Assembly: GCA_017305555.1 (NCBI GenBank)
Contig: JAFKKM010000016.1
Coordinates: 4,090 to 68,089, forward strand
DNA: 64,000 nt
DNA from: Hyphomicrobiales bacterium
GTDB taxonomy: Bacteria > Pseudomonadota > Alphaproteobacteria > Rhizobiales > Xanthobacteraceae
Reading direction: 5' to 3'
Below the pieces are notes generated by a model that searched no databases, was not told the origin of the DNA, and saw nothing but the letters and a program-made list of their open reading frames with translations. Position 1 is the first letter of the stretch. Every line of letters begins with the position of its first letter. The position numbers were made by a program, and so were the translations under genes. Below, piece by piece: positions 20,210 through 30,664 of the stretch.

Positions 20210-21337
20210 ATGGCAAAGCGTGGTTTGATCGTTGTGGCGGTGCTGCTGGCGGCCGGGGGTGTTGCGGCCTACCAGACCCGTGCGTCCTGGTATGGTGGCG
20301 AGACCGTCGCCAAGCAGACGTCGCCGCGGAAAGTCGCCGTGGAAGTTGCCAAGGCGGTGAAGCAGCCGGTTCCCGTCGATGTCGAGGCGATCGGGACGGT
20401 GACGCCGATCTCCAGCGTGGCACTGAAGTCGCGTATCGAAACCACCATTATCGGCGTGCATTTCGAGGACGGCGCGCGGGTCAAGCAGGGTGATCTCCTG
20501 TTCACCCTCGATGCGCGACAGATCGATGCACAGGTCGAGCAGGCGGAAGGAACGCTGGCGCGCGACCGCGCTCAACTCGCCGGCGCCCAGCGCGACCTCA
20601 ATCGCTACAGCGAATTGATCGGCAAGGGCGCGACCACCCAGGTCAATCTCGACAATGCCAAGACGCAAGCCGACATCCTGATCGGAACCATCAAGGCCGA
20701 TCAAGCCGCGCTGGATAATCTGCGAGTGCAGAAAAGCTACACTGTCATCCGCGCACCGTTTGACGGCCGCATCAGCGCCGCTGCCGTGAAGGTCGGGAAT
20801 TTTGTGCGCCCTGCCGACACCGCGCCGCTTGCGATCATCAACCAGATGGCGCCGGTCTATGTCACGTTCGCCGTGCCGCAAGCTGTCCTGAGCGATCTGC
20901 GCGATGCCATGACGGCCGGTTCGGCGCAGGTGATTGCCACAGTGCCGGGTCGTGAAGCCTCCGAGCAGGGCAAGGTGGCTATGGTCGAGAACACCGTCGA
21001 TGCCACCACGGGCATGGTGACGGTACGCGGCATCATGGACAACGGCCGCGAGGCGCTGTGGCCCGGAACGCTGGTCAATACCCGCCTGATCGTGCGTCGC
21101 GAGAACGCCGTTGTCGTCCCTTCGGCAGCGGTGCAACGCAGCCAGAAGGGTGATTTTGTTTTTGTCGTTGCCGATGGCAAGGCCAAGGTGCAGCCGGTGA
21201 CTGTGTCCCGTACATCTTCCGGCAGTTCTGTCCTTGCCGGCGGGCTGAAGGGTGATGAAGACGTCGTCGTCGAGGGGCAATTGCTGCTTCGCGACGGCAC
21301 GCTGGTCCAGATGCGGGAACGCAAGGCGGGGGCCTGA
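20210..21337 (+). CDS. RND efflux periplasmic adaptor (membrane fusion protein, MdtA-like)
   Basis: N-terminal anchor, coiled-coil hairpin (DAQVEQAEGTLARDRAQLAGAQRDLNRY) and IRAPFDGRI lipoyl-like motif. It lies immediately upstream of the RND pump. Confidence 0.9.
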   Translation: MAKRGLIVVAVLLAAGGVAAYQTRASWYGGETVAKQTSPRKVAVEVAKAVKQPVPVDVEAIGTVTPISSVALKSRIETTIIGVHFEDGARVKQGDLLFTLDARQIDAQVEQAEGTLARDRAQLAGAQRDLNRYSELIGKGATTQVNLDNAKTQADILIGTIKADQAALDNLRVQKSYTVIRAPFDGRISAAAVKVGNFVRPADTAPLAIINQMAPVYVTFAVPQAVLSDLRDAMTAGSAQVIATVPGREASEQGKVAMVENTVDATTGMVTVRGIMDNGREALWPGTLVNTRLIVRRENAVVVPSAAVQRSQKGDFVFVVADGKAKVQPVTVSRTSSGSSVLAGGLKGDEDVVVEGQLLLRDGTLVQMRERKAGA

Positions 21338-21340
21338 CGG

Positions 21341-24300
21341 ATGACGCTCTCCGAGCTTTGTATCCGCCGCCCGGTGCTGACGACGCTGCTGACGGCGTCG
21401 ATCATTGCGTTCGGCATTTTCGGCTTCCGCCTGCTGCCGGTATCGGCGCTGCCGAAGGTCGACTTCCCGACCATCGCGGTGACCGCGACCTTGCCGGGCG
21501 CCAGCGCCGAAACCATGGCGGCGTCGGTTGCCGGCATCATTGAGCGGCAACTCTCGACCATCGCCGGCATCTCGTCGATGTCGTCGCAATCGTCGCAAGG
21601 CCAGTCGAGCATCACCATCCAGTTCGATCTCAACCGCAATATCGACGCGGCCTCGCTGGACGTGCAGACGGCGCTGACCATCGCGCAACGGCGATTGCCG
21701 ATCGAGATGACGATTCCGCCAAGTTTCCGCAAAGTGAATCCGGCCGACTATCCGGTGATCTATCTGTCGCTGTCGTCGGACACGCTGCCGCTGTCGGCGG
21801 TGAACGAATACGGCGAAATTACCGTCGGACAGACGCTGTCGCAGATTCCCGGTGTCGCACAGGTCCTGATCTACGGCAGCCAGAAATTTGCGATCCGCGT
21901 CCAGGTTGATCCGCAGGCTGCGGCGGCGCGCGGCCTCACGCTGGACGACGTGCGTGCGGCTGTCACCAACGCCAACTCAAGTACGCCGGTCGGAACCCTC
22001 AACGGTCCCAAACAGGACGTCGCGCTGGTCGCTTCCGGGCAAATGCCGAAGGCGTCGGAGTACAGCAAGGTCATTGTCGCGTGGCGTAACGGCTCACCGG
22101 TGAAGCTCGACGAGATTGCCTCGGTCTACGACAGCGTCGAGAACGACAAGATTGCGACTTGGCTCAACGGCAATCGATCCATCGTGCTAGCGGTTCAGAA
22201 GCAGCCCGACGCGAACCTCGTCGAGGTCGTGGACGGTGTGCGCGCCAAACTGCCGGCGTTGCGGGCGCAGATCCCGCCTTCGGTGTCGGTCGATGTCATG
22301 ATGGACCGCTCGATCTCGATCCGGCAGGCGGTCGCGGACGTCGAGGAAACGCTGCTGATCGCGGTGTCACTGGTGATCCTGGTGATCTTCCTGTTCCTTC
22401 GATCGGCGTCGGCGACATTCATTCCGGCGCTGGCGGTGCCAATCTCGCTGATCGGCACTTGCGCGCTGATGTACCTGTTCGACTTCTCGATCAACAACAT
22501 GACGCTGCTGGCGCTGACGCTGTCGGTGGGATTCGTCGTCGACGACGCGATCGTCATGCTCGAAAACATCATGCGTCATATCGAGGAGGGGATGCGGCCG
22601 TTCGAGGCCGCGCTGAAAGGCGCGCGCGAGATCGGCTTCACCATCATCTCGATCACCTTTTCGCTGATCGCGGTGTTCATCCCGGTGCTGCTGATGGGCG
22701 GCATCGTCGGCCGTGTGTTCCGCGAATTCGCGGTGACGGTCGCGGTCGCAATTTTGGTGTCGGGCTTCGTCTCGCTGACGCTGACGCCGATGCTGTGCGC
22801 GCGGGTGCTGCGTTCGCACAACCACGAGAAGCGGCCGAACATCGTGCTGCGCGCGTTCGAGGCGATGTTCGCCAGCTGGCTCCGCGCCTATGAATGGGCG
22901 CTCGACCGTGTGCTCGCGTTCAAGTCTGTCATGCTGGTCGTGACCCTGCTGACGCTGGCTGGCACGATCGCGCTTTACATTGTCGTGCCCAAGGGATTTT
23001 TCCCGCAGGAGGACACTGGCTTTCTGATCGGCGTCACGGAATCGGCAACAGACACCTCTTATGAGGCGATGGCCCAGCGCCAGCAGGCGTTGGCGGCGCT
23101 GCTGCAAGCCGATCCAGCGGTGGAATACATCAACAGCACGGTCGGCGCGGGAGGACCTAACGCGACCACGAATTACGGACGCTTTTTCATCTCGCTGAAG
23201 CCGAAGAACGAACGTGACGACGTGCAGACCGTGATCGGGCGTTTGCGCCGTACCGCGTTACAGGTGCCGGGATTGCAGGCATTTTTCCAGGGCATCCAGA
23301 ATCTCAACATCGGCGGCCGCATCTCCAAGAGCCAGTATCAGTACGTCCTGCAGAGCGGAGACTCCGAGGCGCTGTACCGGCTCGCTCCGCAAATCCGCGA
23401 TAAGATGGCGCAGGTGCCGGGGCTGCTCGACGTCACCACCGACCTCTATATCAAGAACCCGCAGCTCAGCGTCGAGGTCGATCGCGAGAAGGCCGCGGTC
23501 TTCGGCATCAGCGTCGGCCAGATCCGCAACGAGTTGTTCAACGCTTACGGCACGCGGCAGGTCGGCACCATCTATATGCCGTCCAACGACTACAAGATCA
23601 TCATGGAAGCCAAGCCGGAATTCCGCATCGATCCGGCCGACCTCTCCAAGCTTTATGTGAAGACTGCGCAGGGGCGGCCGATTCCGCTCGATGCGGTGGC
23701 GCGCATGGTGCCGTCGGTGGGGCCGTTGCAGATCAACCATCAGGGCCAGCAGCCGGCGGTGACGATTTCATTCAATCTCGCGCCCGGTGTGTCGCTCGGT
23801 TATGCGGTGGACAAGATTTCCGAGATTGAACGTGAAGCGCGGCTGCCGGTGACCATCGTCACCGGATTCTCCGGCACCGCGCAGGTGTTTCAGGATTCGC
23901 TGCGCGGGCAGGGCATCCTGATCCTCGCCGCGATCTTCGCGGCCTTCGTGATCCTCGGCATTCTCTACGAGAGCTTCATCCATCCGATCACCATCATCTC
24001 CGGCCTGCCGTCGGCCGGCATCGGCGCGATCCTGACGCTGATGTTGTTCAAGATGGAATTGTCGGTAATCGCCATGATCGGCATCGTCATGCTGGTCGGC
24101 ATCGTCAAGAAGAATGCGATCATGATGGTCGACTTCGCCATCGAGCGGCGGCGCGTCGGGCTGTCGGCTGAGCACGCCATCCGCGAAGCGGCACTGTTGC
24201 GTTTCCGCCCGATCATGATGACGACCTTCGCGGCGATCTTCGGCACCTTGCCGATCGCGCTGGGCACCGGCGCGGGCGCAGAGTTGCGTCAGCCGCTGGG

Positions 24301-24466
24301 TGTGGCGGTGGTCGGTGGTTTGATGGTGTCGCAGCTTCTGACGCTGTTCATTACACCGGTGATCTACATCTACCTCGACCGCATCGACCGTCATCTCAAG
24401 CGAAAGCTGGAGCCGCAGTTCGATGAAGCCGAGTTGGAGCAGCGACACGCCGCGGCGGCCGAATGA
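21341..24466 (+). CDS. RND multidrug efflux permease (AcrB/MdtB/MdtC family)
   Basis: 1041 aa. MTLSELCIRRPVLTTLL..VDFPTI.., a 12-TM architecture with two large periplasmic loops and VVDDAIVMLENI. Confidence 0.95.
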   Translation: MTLSELCIRRPVLTTLLTASIIAFGIFGFRLLPVSALPKVDFPTIAVTATLPGASAETMAASVAGIIERQLSTIAGISSMSSQSSQGQSSITIQFDLNRNIDAASLDVQTALTIAQRRLPIEMTIPPSFRKVNPADYPVIYLSLSSDTLPLSAVNEYGEITVGQTLSQIPGVAQVLIYGSQKFAIRVQVDPQAAAARGLTLDDVRAAVTNANSSTPVGTLNGPKQDVALVASGQMPKASEYSKVIVAWRNGSPVKLDEIASVYDSVENDKIATWLNGNRSIVLAVQKQPDANLVEVVDGVRAKLPALRAQIPPSVSVDVMMDRSISIRQAVADVEETLLIAVSLVILVIFLFLRSASATFIPALAVPISLIGTCALMYLFDFSINNMTLLALTLSVGFVVDDAIVMLENIMRHIEEGMRPFEAALKGAREIGFTIISITFSLIAVFIPVLLMGGIVGRVFREFAVTVAVAILVSGFVSLTLTPMLCARVLRSHNHEKRPNIVLRAFEAMFASWLRAYEWALDRVLAFKSVMLVVTLLTLAGTIALYIVVPKGFFPQEDTGFLIGVTESATDTSYEAMAQRQQALAALLQADPAVEYINSTVGAGGPNATTNYGRFFISLKPKNERDDVQTVIGRLRRTALQVPGLQAFFQGIQNLNIGGRISKSQYQYVLQSGDSEALYRLAPQIRDKMAQVPGLLDVTTDLYIKNPQLSVEVDREKAAVFGISVGQIRNELFNAYGTRQVGTIYMPSNDYKIIMEAKPEFRIDPADLSKLYVKTAQGRPIPLDAVARMVPSVGPLQINHQGQQPAVTISFNLAPGVSLGYAVDKISEIEREARLPVTIVTGFSGTAQVFQDSLRGQGILILAAIFAAFVILGILYESFIHPITIISGLPSAGIGAILTLMLFKMELSVIAMIGIVMLVGIVKKNAIMMVDFAIERRRVGLSAEHAIREAALLRFRPIMMTTFAAIFGTLPIALGTGAGAELRQPLGVAVVGGLMVSQLLTLFITPVIYIYLDRIDRHLKRKLEPQFDEAELEQRHAAAAE

Positions 24467-24571
24467 CGTCGCGATGATGCTCGCGCCGGTGCGAGGCTGA
24501 CGCGATTGCTGCTCTTATGCGTCGGGATGGAACGCCCGGGCTGCTCGCGGTGAGGACGCTAAAGCTATCAA

Positions 24572-24904
24572 TCAGACCGAGAAACTGGTGCCGCATCCGC
24601 AGGATGCGGTGGCATTCGGGTTGTTGACGCGGAACGATGCGCCGATCAGATCGTCGACGAAATCGACTTCCGAGCCGGCAAGGAACGGCGCCGAGGCCGG
24701 GTCCACCAGCACCACCGCACTGTCGCGGGCGATCACCATATCGTCATCGGCGCGGGCGCGTTCGACATCGAACTTGTATTGAAAACCGGAGCAGCCGCCG
24801 CCCTCGACGCTGATGCGCAGCATCGCACCGTCACCCTCGGTCTTGAGGATCTCGCCAATGCGGCGGGCGGCCCGCTCACTGATGGTGACGTTGGTGTCCG
24901 TCAT
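24572..24904 (-). CDS. erpA: iron-sulfur cluster insertion protein (HesB/IscA/ErpA family)
   Basis: MTDTNVTISERAARRI..LRISVEGGGCSGFQYKF..SCGCGTSFSV. Trimmed from track ORF 24572..24970. Confidence 0.9.
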   Translation of the reverse strand: MTDTNVTISERAARRIGEILKTEGDGAMLRISVEGGGCSGFQYKFDVERARADDDMVIARDSAVVLVDPASAPFLAGSEVDFVDDLIGASFRVNNPNATASCGCGTSFSV

Positions 24905-25015
24905 TGATATCGCTCCGGAATCAAAGGCATCTATTTGTATATGCCGCAAACCATAGTTAAGTGTGACCAATCACGGAATCAAACTTTAGAGGCTAAAAAG
25001 ACGGTGTCGGTTGGA

Positions 25016-26200
25016 ATGGCTGCTCCCCGGCAGGCTTATGCCTGCGATCCGGCCCGCAGCCGGGGACGGCAGTTCGAGGAGCCGCCGAGCGCGACCCGCA
25101 GCGCCTTCCGGCGCGATTGCGACCGTGTCATCCATTCCACCGCCTTCCGCCGCCTCAAGCACAAAACCCAGGTTTTCGTCTTCCATGAGGGTGACCACTA
25201 TCGCACCCGGCTGACCCATTCGTTGGAAGTGGCGCAGATCGCCCGTGCGCTGGCGCGGCAACTGGGGCTCGACGAAGACCTGACCGAAACGCTGGCGCTG
25301 GCCCACGACCTCGGCCACCCGCCGTTCGGCCACGCCGGGGAGCGGGCGCTGGACCGCTGCCTGAAGGATTACGGCGGCTTCGATCACAACGCGCAGACGC
25401 TGCGGGTGGTGACGGCGCTGGAGCATCGCTATCCGACGTTCGACGGCCTCAACCTGACCTGGGAGACGCTGGAAGGCATCGTCAAGCACAACGGCCCGCT
25501 GCTGGACCGCTGCGGGCCCGATGCCGATCACAAGCTGCCGGTGGGGATCGCCGAATTCAATTCCAGCTACGATCTCGAACTGTGGAGCTTCGCCTCGCTG
25601 GAAGCGCAGGTCGCCGCCGTCGCCGACGATATCGCCTATGACGCCCACGACATGGATGATGGCCTGCGCGCCGGATTGTTCAGCATCGCCGACCTGAAGG
25701 CGGTGCCGTTGCTGGCGCGCCTGATCGAGGCGACCGATGCGCGCTATCCGGGGTTGGTCGAGCCGCGGTTCGGCGCCGAACTGATCCGCGAACTGATTTC
25801 CTGCCTGATCGGTGCGGTGGTGACCGAGACGCGCAGCCGGCTTGCCGCCGCGAAACCGGCCAGCATCGATGACGTGCGCCACCATGCCGGCACGCTGGTG
25901 ACATTCACGGCGGAGATTGCGAAGGAAGAAGCAGCCATCAAGGCGTTCCTGAAACAGCATATGTATCGCCACCCGCGTGTGATGCGGGTAATGGGCGATG
26001 CCGAGCGGGTGGTGAGCGACCTGTTCGGGCACTACCGGGCCGTGCCCTCGGACCTGCCGTCCGAATGGCTGCCTGTCGGTGGACGTGAGCCGGAGGGCGA
26101 TTTTGCCCGGCGTGTTTGCAACTACATCGCCGGGATGACGGACCTCTACGCGCTGACCGAGCATCGGCGGATTTTTGACTCGACCCCGGATTTGCGTTAG
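25016..26200 (+). CDS. dGTP triphosphohydrolase-like HD-domain protein
   Basis: [59 protein letters not shown] 25016 lies inside track ORF 24935..26200. Confidence 0.9.
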   Translation: MAAPRQAYACDPARSRGRQFEEPPSATRSAFRRDCDRVIHSTAFRRLKHKTQVFVFHEGDHYRTRLTHSLEVAQIARALARQLGLDEDLTETLALAHDLGHPPFGHAGERALDRCLKDYGGFDHNAQTLRVVTALEHRYPTFDGLNLTWETLEGIVKHNGPLLDRCGPDADHKLPVGIAEFNSSYDLELWSFASLEAQVAAVADDIAYDAHDMDDGLRAGLFSIADLKAVPLLARLIEATDARYPGLVEPRFGAELIRELISCLIGAVVTETRSRLAAAKPASIDDVRHHAGTLVTFTAEIAKEEAAIKAFLKQHMYRHPRVMRVMGDAERVVSDLFGHYRAVPSDLPSEWLPVGGREPEGDFARRVCNYIAGMTDLYALTEHRRIFDSTPDLR

Positions 26201-26272
26201 GCGGCGCGGACGCCCGTTTCGCCGCGCTAGGCGGCCCGCGTACCCCAATTCCGACCAACCCGAGCAGCATTC

Positions 26273-28066
26273 ATGACCGATCCAGTCTCCGCACCGCATC
26301 CTTTCGCCAACCTGCTTGCGCGGGTGCAAGGGGTCTGTCGCGCTCTGGTCGCCGAGGGGGTGTTGCCGGCGGACATCAATCTGTCGCGGGTCGTGGTGGA
26401 GCCGCCGAAAGATGCTTCCCACGGCGACATGGCGACCAACGCCGCCATGGTGTTGGCGAAAGAGGCCAAGGCCAAGCCGCGCGATCTGGCCGAGAAGATC
26501 GCCAGCGGCCTGCGCGCCGATCCGCTGGTGGCATCCGTCGATATCGCCGGCCCCGGATTCATCAACATGACCTTGCGGCCGGCGGTGTGGATCGATGCGC
26601 TGGGCGACATTCTCGACACCGGCTCCCGGTATGGCCGCAGCAATATCGGCGGCGACCGCAAGGTCAATGTCGAATACGTCTCCGCCAACCCGACTGGACC
26701 GATGCATGTGGGTCATTGCCGCGGCGCGGTGTTCGGAGATGCGCTGGCGAGCCTTCTCGCTTTCGCCGGCTACGACGTCACGCGTGAGTATTACATCAAC
26801 GACGCCGGCGCGCAGGTCGATGTGCTGGGACGCTCCGCTTATCTGCGCTATCGCGCGGCGCTCGGCGAAAACATCGGCGAGATTCCCGACGGACTTTATC
26901 CCGGCGATTATCTCAAGCCGGTCGGTGAGGTGCTGGCAAAGCAACACGGCGATGCGTTGCTCAGGCAACCGGAATCCGAATGGCTGCCGGGCGTGCGCGC
27001 CACCGCCATCGCGATGATGATGGAGATGATCCGTGGCGATCTCGCCGCGCTCAACATCACGCATGAGGTGTTCTTTTCTGAACGCTCGTTGATCGAGGGC
27101 GGCAGCGATCGTGTTGCCTCGACCATCGATTTCCTGCGCGCCAAGGGCGATGTCTATGAAGGCCGTCTGCCGCCGCCGAAGGGTGCGCCGGTTGAGGATT
27201 GGGAGGATCGCGAGCAGACGCTGTTTCGTGCCACCTCCTACGGCGACGATGTCGATCGTCCGTTGTTGAAGTCGAACGGTGGTTACACCTACTTCGCCTC
27301 GGACATTGCCTATCACAAGACCAAATACGATCGCGGTTTCCGCGATCTCGTCGACGTCTGGGGCGCCGATCACGGCGGCTACATCAAACGGATGCAGGCG
27401 GCGATCAAGGCTGTCACCAACGACGAGGCGTCGCTCGACGTCAAGATCGTGCAGCTCGTGAAGCTGTTGCGCAACGGCGAGCCGGTGAAGATGTCGAAGC
27501 GCGCCGGTGACTTCGTCACCTTGCGTGAAGTGGTGGATGAAGTCGGCTGCGACGCCGTCCGCTTCATGATGCTGTTCCGCAAGAACGACGCGGTGCTGGA
27601 TTTCGATCTCGCCAAGGTGATCGAACAGTCGAAAGACAACCCGGTCTTCTACGTGCAGTACGGCCATGCCCGTGGCCATTCGATCTTCCGTAATGCTCGC
27701 GAGGTGATCGCGGATTTGCCGGAAGAGGATGCCGCGCGGCTTAAATTCCTGCGTGCCGCGAAGCTCGATCGGCTGAGCGATCCCGCCGAACTTGATTTAA
27801 TTCGTAGGCTTGCTCTTTACCCTCGGACCCTCGAAGCCGCCGCTTTGGCCCACGAGCCTCATCGGGTGGCCTTCTATCTCTATGATCTTGCCAGCGAATT
27901 TCACGCGCTTTGGACCAAGGGGCGAGATGCGCCTCATTTACGCTTCATTATGAATAATGATGCAGAACTTACCTTATCGCGTCTGGCATTGGTTCAGGGC
28001 GTCGTCTCGGTTCTGGCATCCGGTCTCGCCGTTCTCGGCGTCGATGCGCCAGTCGAGATGCGATAG
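26273..28066 (+). CDS. argS: arginine--tRNA ligase
   Basis: [15 protein letters not shown] (HIGH-type)..KMSKRAG (KMSK)..DALR anticodon-binding tail. 597 aa. Confidence 0.96.
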   Translation: MTDPVSAPHPFANLLARVQGVCRALVAEGVLPADINLSRVVVEPPKDASHGDMATNAAMVLAKEAKAKPRDLAEKIASGLRADPLVASVDIAGPGFINMTLRPAVWIDALGDILDTGSRYGRSNIGGDRKVNVEYVSANPTGPMHVGHCRGAVFGDALASLLAFAGYDVTREYYINDAGAQVDVLGRSAYLRYRAALGENIGEIPDGLYPGDYLKPVGEVLAKQHGDALLRQPESEWLPGVRATAIAMMMEMIRGDLAALNITHEVFFSERSLIEGGSDRVASTIDFLRAKGDVYEGRLPPPKGAPVEDWEDREQTLFRATSYGDDVDRPLLKSNGGYTYFASDIAYHKTKYDRGFRDLVDVWGADHGGYIKRMQAAIKAVTNDEASLDVKIVQLVKLLRNGEPVKMSKRAGDFVTLREVVDEVGCDAVRFMMLFRKNDAVLDFDLAKVIEQSKDNPVFYVQYGHARGHSIFRNAREVIADLPEEDAARLKFLRAAKLDRLSDPAELDLIRRLALYPRTLEAAALAHEPHRVAFYLYDLASEFHALWTKGRDAPHLRFIMNNDAELTLSRLALVQGVVSVLASGLAVLGVDAPVEMR

Positions 28067-28170
28067 AGTAGGTTGGATCGTCGGCGACATGGGGTGTGTA
28101 GTCGGCATCCGGTAGCGTTCGTTTCGTTAGAACGACGGGTCGGCGCTTTCCCGAAGGGGATGCACATCAC

Positions 28171-29586
28171 ATGGCTGATCGATATCACGAACGAACTTAC
28201 GCAGCGGCAGATACGATGGATCGCGACTATCATCCGTCGGCAAAGGTCGAGAGCGATCCGCTTGCCGAACTCGCCCGCCTGATCGGCCAGGCCGATCCGA
28301 ACGCTGATTTCGGCGAAACGCGGCCGGCCGTACCGGCGCGGTCTTATCGGCACCAACCGTCTCCTCCGACTGAAGCGGATTATGAGGCCGAGGATGACCA
28401 CTCGGCTGGACCGCCGCCGTGGATGCGGCGTCAGGCCGAGCAGCAGCCCGTGGAGCCGCCTGTTGCCAGAGATACGCATCCGCTTCGGCGCTACGCCGCC
28501 GCGCATCATTTGCCCGAGCCGACCTATCATACCTCGCCGCAGGTGCAGCCCGAGGCTGACCATGCGTCGCGCTATGATGACGCGCTTTACGGTCCAATGG
28601 ATTCCGATGCGGATCACGCGGCTTATGGCAGCCAGCAGCACGCCGGCTATCACGACGACTATTCCTATCAGGACGACTACGAAGACGACGAAGAGGAGCG
28701 CAGGCCGCGCCGTAAGGGCCTTGCCACGGTCGCAGCGGTTGTCGCGCTTGCGGTGGTCGGCACCGGAGCTGCATTCGCCTATCGCACGTTCGTCGGTACG
28801 ACGCGCAGCGGCGCGCCTCCGATCATCAAGGCCGATGCAAGTCCGAACAAGGTCGTGCCGCCGTCCGCCGAGAATGCGAGCAAGCAGATTCAGGACCGGA
28901 TGGCTGCCGGCAACGCCGCCGAAAAGCTCGTCTCACGTGAGGAGCAGCCGGTCGACGTCAAGGATATCGCCAAGGCCGGACCGCGCGTGGTGTTCCCGCC
29001 GCTGAACCAGAATGCCAATCCGCCGTCGACCGCCAGCGTCGCTCCCGGCAACAAGCTCGCCGCCAATGGCGGCAGCGCCGCCTCGGTCGGTGGCACCGAG
29101 CCGCGCAAGATCAAGACGCTGATGGTGCGTGCCGATGACGCCACCGCCGCCGCCGCTGAACCGGTTGCGCAGCACGCGCCGGCTCCGGTGCCCGCGCCGC
29201 CGGCGACCACTCGCGCTGCCGTGCCGCCGTCGGCTTCGGCTTCGAATGCCAACGCACCGCTTTCGCTGGCGCCGCAGGCTGCGCCCAGCCGCGTCGCTTC
29301 GGTCAATCCGACTCAGGCGGAAGCTCCCGCTGCAACAGGCGGCTATGTCGTTCAAGTGTCGTCCCAGCGTAGCGAGGCCGATGCACGGGCGTCGTTCAAG
29401 GTACTGCAGCACAAATTCCCGTCATCATTCGGATCGCGCACGCCCTTGATTAAGCGGGCCGATCTGGGATCGCGTGGCGTGTACTACCGCGCTATGGTCG
29501 GGCCGTTCGGCACCTCGGAGCAGGCCGTTCAATTCTGTGGAAATCTCAAGGCCGCTGGCGGCCAGTGCGTCGTCCAAAGGAATTAA
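28171..29586 (+). CDS. SPOR domain-containing protein (Pro/Ala-rich, one TM segment)
   Basis: A TM segment (LATVAAVVALAVVGTGAAFAY), a long low-complexity region and a C-terminal SPOR domain (GGYVVQVSSQRSEADARASF..YYRAMVGPFGTSEQA). Confidence 0.85.
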   Translation: MADRYHERTYAAADTMDRDYHPSAKVESDPLAELARLIGQADPNADFGETRPAVPARSYRHQPSPPTEADYEAEDDHSAGPPPWMRRQAEQQPVEPPVARDTHPLRRYAAAHHLPEPTYHTSPQVQPEADHASRYDDALYGPMDSDADHAAYGSQQHAGYHDDYSYQDDYEDDEEERRPRRKGLATVAAVVALAVVGTGAAFAYRTFVGTTRSGAPPIIKADASPNKVVPPSAENASKQIQDRMAAGNAAEKLVSREEQPVDVKDIAKAGPRVVFPPLNQNANPPSTASVAPGNKLAANGGSAASVGGTEPRKIKTLMVRADDATAAAAEPVAQHAPAPVPAPPATTRAAVPPSASASNANAPLSLAPQAAPSRVASVNPTQAEAPAATGGYVVQVSSQRSEADARASFKVLQHKFPSSFGSRTPLIKRADLGSRGVYYRAMVGPFGTSEQAVQFCGNLKAAGGQCVVQRN

Positions 29587-29632
29587 CGGCGCTTTCCTTG
29601 ACCCTTCGGGGAGCGCGCGCTAATCGGCCGGA

Positions 29633-30664
29633 ATGGACGCGCGCGCTTTTATTACCGGAGTTTCCGGGCTTGCCCTGACGGCTGACGAACGAGCGTTTTT
29701 GCGCGAGCAGCAGCCGTGGGGATTCATCCTCTTCAAGCGGAATGTCGACAGCCCATCGCAGGTCAAAGACTTGGTGGCGAGCCTGCGGGAATGCGTCGGT
29801 GGACGTGACGCGCCGGTCCTGATCGATCAGGAAGGTGGCCGCGTTCAGCGGCTCGGCCCGCCGCATTGGCCGATCTATCCGCCCGGTGCGGTGTTCGGCC
29901 TGCTTTACGACAAGGACCCTGGACTGGGGCTGCGGGCCGCTCACTTCGCGGCAGCGTTGATCGCGTCTGACCTGTCCGCGCTCGGCATCACCGTGGATTG
30001 CCTGCCGCTGGCGGACGTTCCCGTTGCGGGCGCCGATGCCGTGATCGGCAATCGTGCCTATGGCACGGAACCCGGCAAGGTCGCGGCTATCGCCCGCGCC
30101 GTCACCGATGGCTTGCGGGTCGGGGGCGTGCTCCCGGTGCTGAAGCACATTCCCGGTCACGGACGGGCGACCGCCGACAGCCATTTGCGGCTTCCGGTGG
30201 TGGACACCCCTCGGGCGGAACTCGAGCGGACCGATTTTGCAGCGTTTCGGCCGCTGGCGGATCTGCCGATGGCTATGACCGCACATGTTGTGTTTAGCGC
30301 CATTGATCCTGCCCAACCCGCGACCACTTCTGCGACAATGATTAAGCAGGTGATTCGCGACGGGATCGGGTTCCAAGGTTTGCTGATGAGCGATGACGTG
30401 TCGATGAACGCGCTGGAAGGCTCGATCGCGGACAGGACGCGGGCGCTGTTTACGGCCGGCTGCGACGTCGCGTTGCATTGCAACGGCAAGCTCGAGGAGA
30501 TGCGTGCCGTCGCCCACGAGACGCCGATGCTCGCGGGCGAGGCCAAGGCGCGCGCCGTCGCGGCTCCTGCCGCGCGAAAGGCGCCGGATGCCGGGTTCGA
30601 TATCGCGGCGGGCCGCGCGGAACTGGCCGCGCTCATTGGTCGGGCCGGGGAGACAAACGTATGA
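29633..30664 (+). CDS. nagZ: beta-N-acetylhexosaminidase (GH3)
   Basis: GFILFKRNV..VLIDQEGGRVQRL..KHIPGHGRATADSH..GLLMSDD. Confidence 0.9.
   Translation: MDARAFITGVSGLALTADERAFLREQQPWGFILFKRNVDSPSQVKDLVASLRECVGGRDAPVLIDQEGGRVQRLGPPHWPIYPPGAVFGLLYDKDPGLGLRAAHFAAALIASDLSALGITVDCLPLADVPVAGADAVIGNRAYGTEPGKVAAIARAVTDGLRVGGVLPVLKHIPGHGRATADSHLRLPVVDTPRAELERTDFAAFRPLADLPMAMTAHVVFSAIDPAQPATTSATMIKQVIRDGIGFQGLLMSDDVSMNALEGSIADRTRALFTAGCDVALHCNGKLEEMRAVAHETPMLAGEAKARAVAAPAARKAPDAGFDIAAGRAELAALIGRAGETNV

Noticed and set aside
24986-27679. Very long antisense ORFs in the track: 897 aa at 24986..27679 (-), and likewise 41898..43850 (-), 20066..21688 (-), 11102..12649 (-), 62382..63929 (+), 43573..45075 (-), 58683..60167 (-), 12753..14210 (-), 30157..31572 (-), 54292..55530 (-), 46405..47592 (+).
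   Set aside because: Each lies opposite a gene with an unmistakable conserved product (dGTPase/argS, secD, RND adaptor, pdhC, hpaD/FAH, secF, amidase/alkB, lpdA, scpA and others). Their translations are Arg/His/Asp/Gly-rich low-complexity strings with no recognisable motifs. Stop-free antisense frames are expected in DNA with very GC-rich third codon positions.
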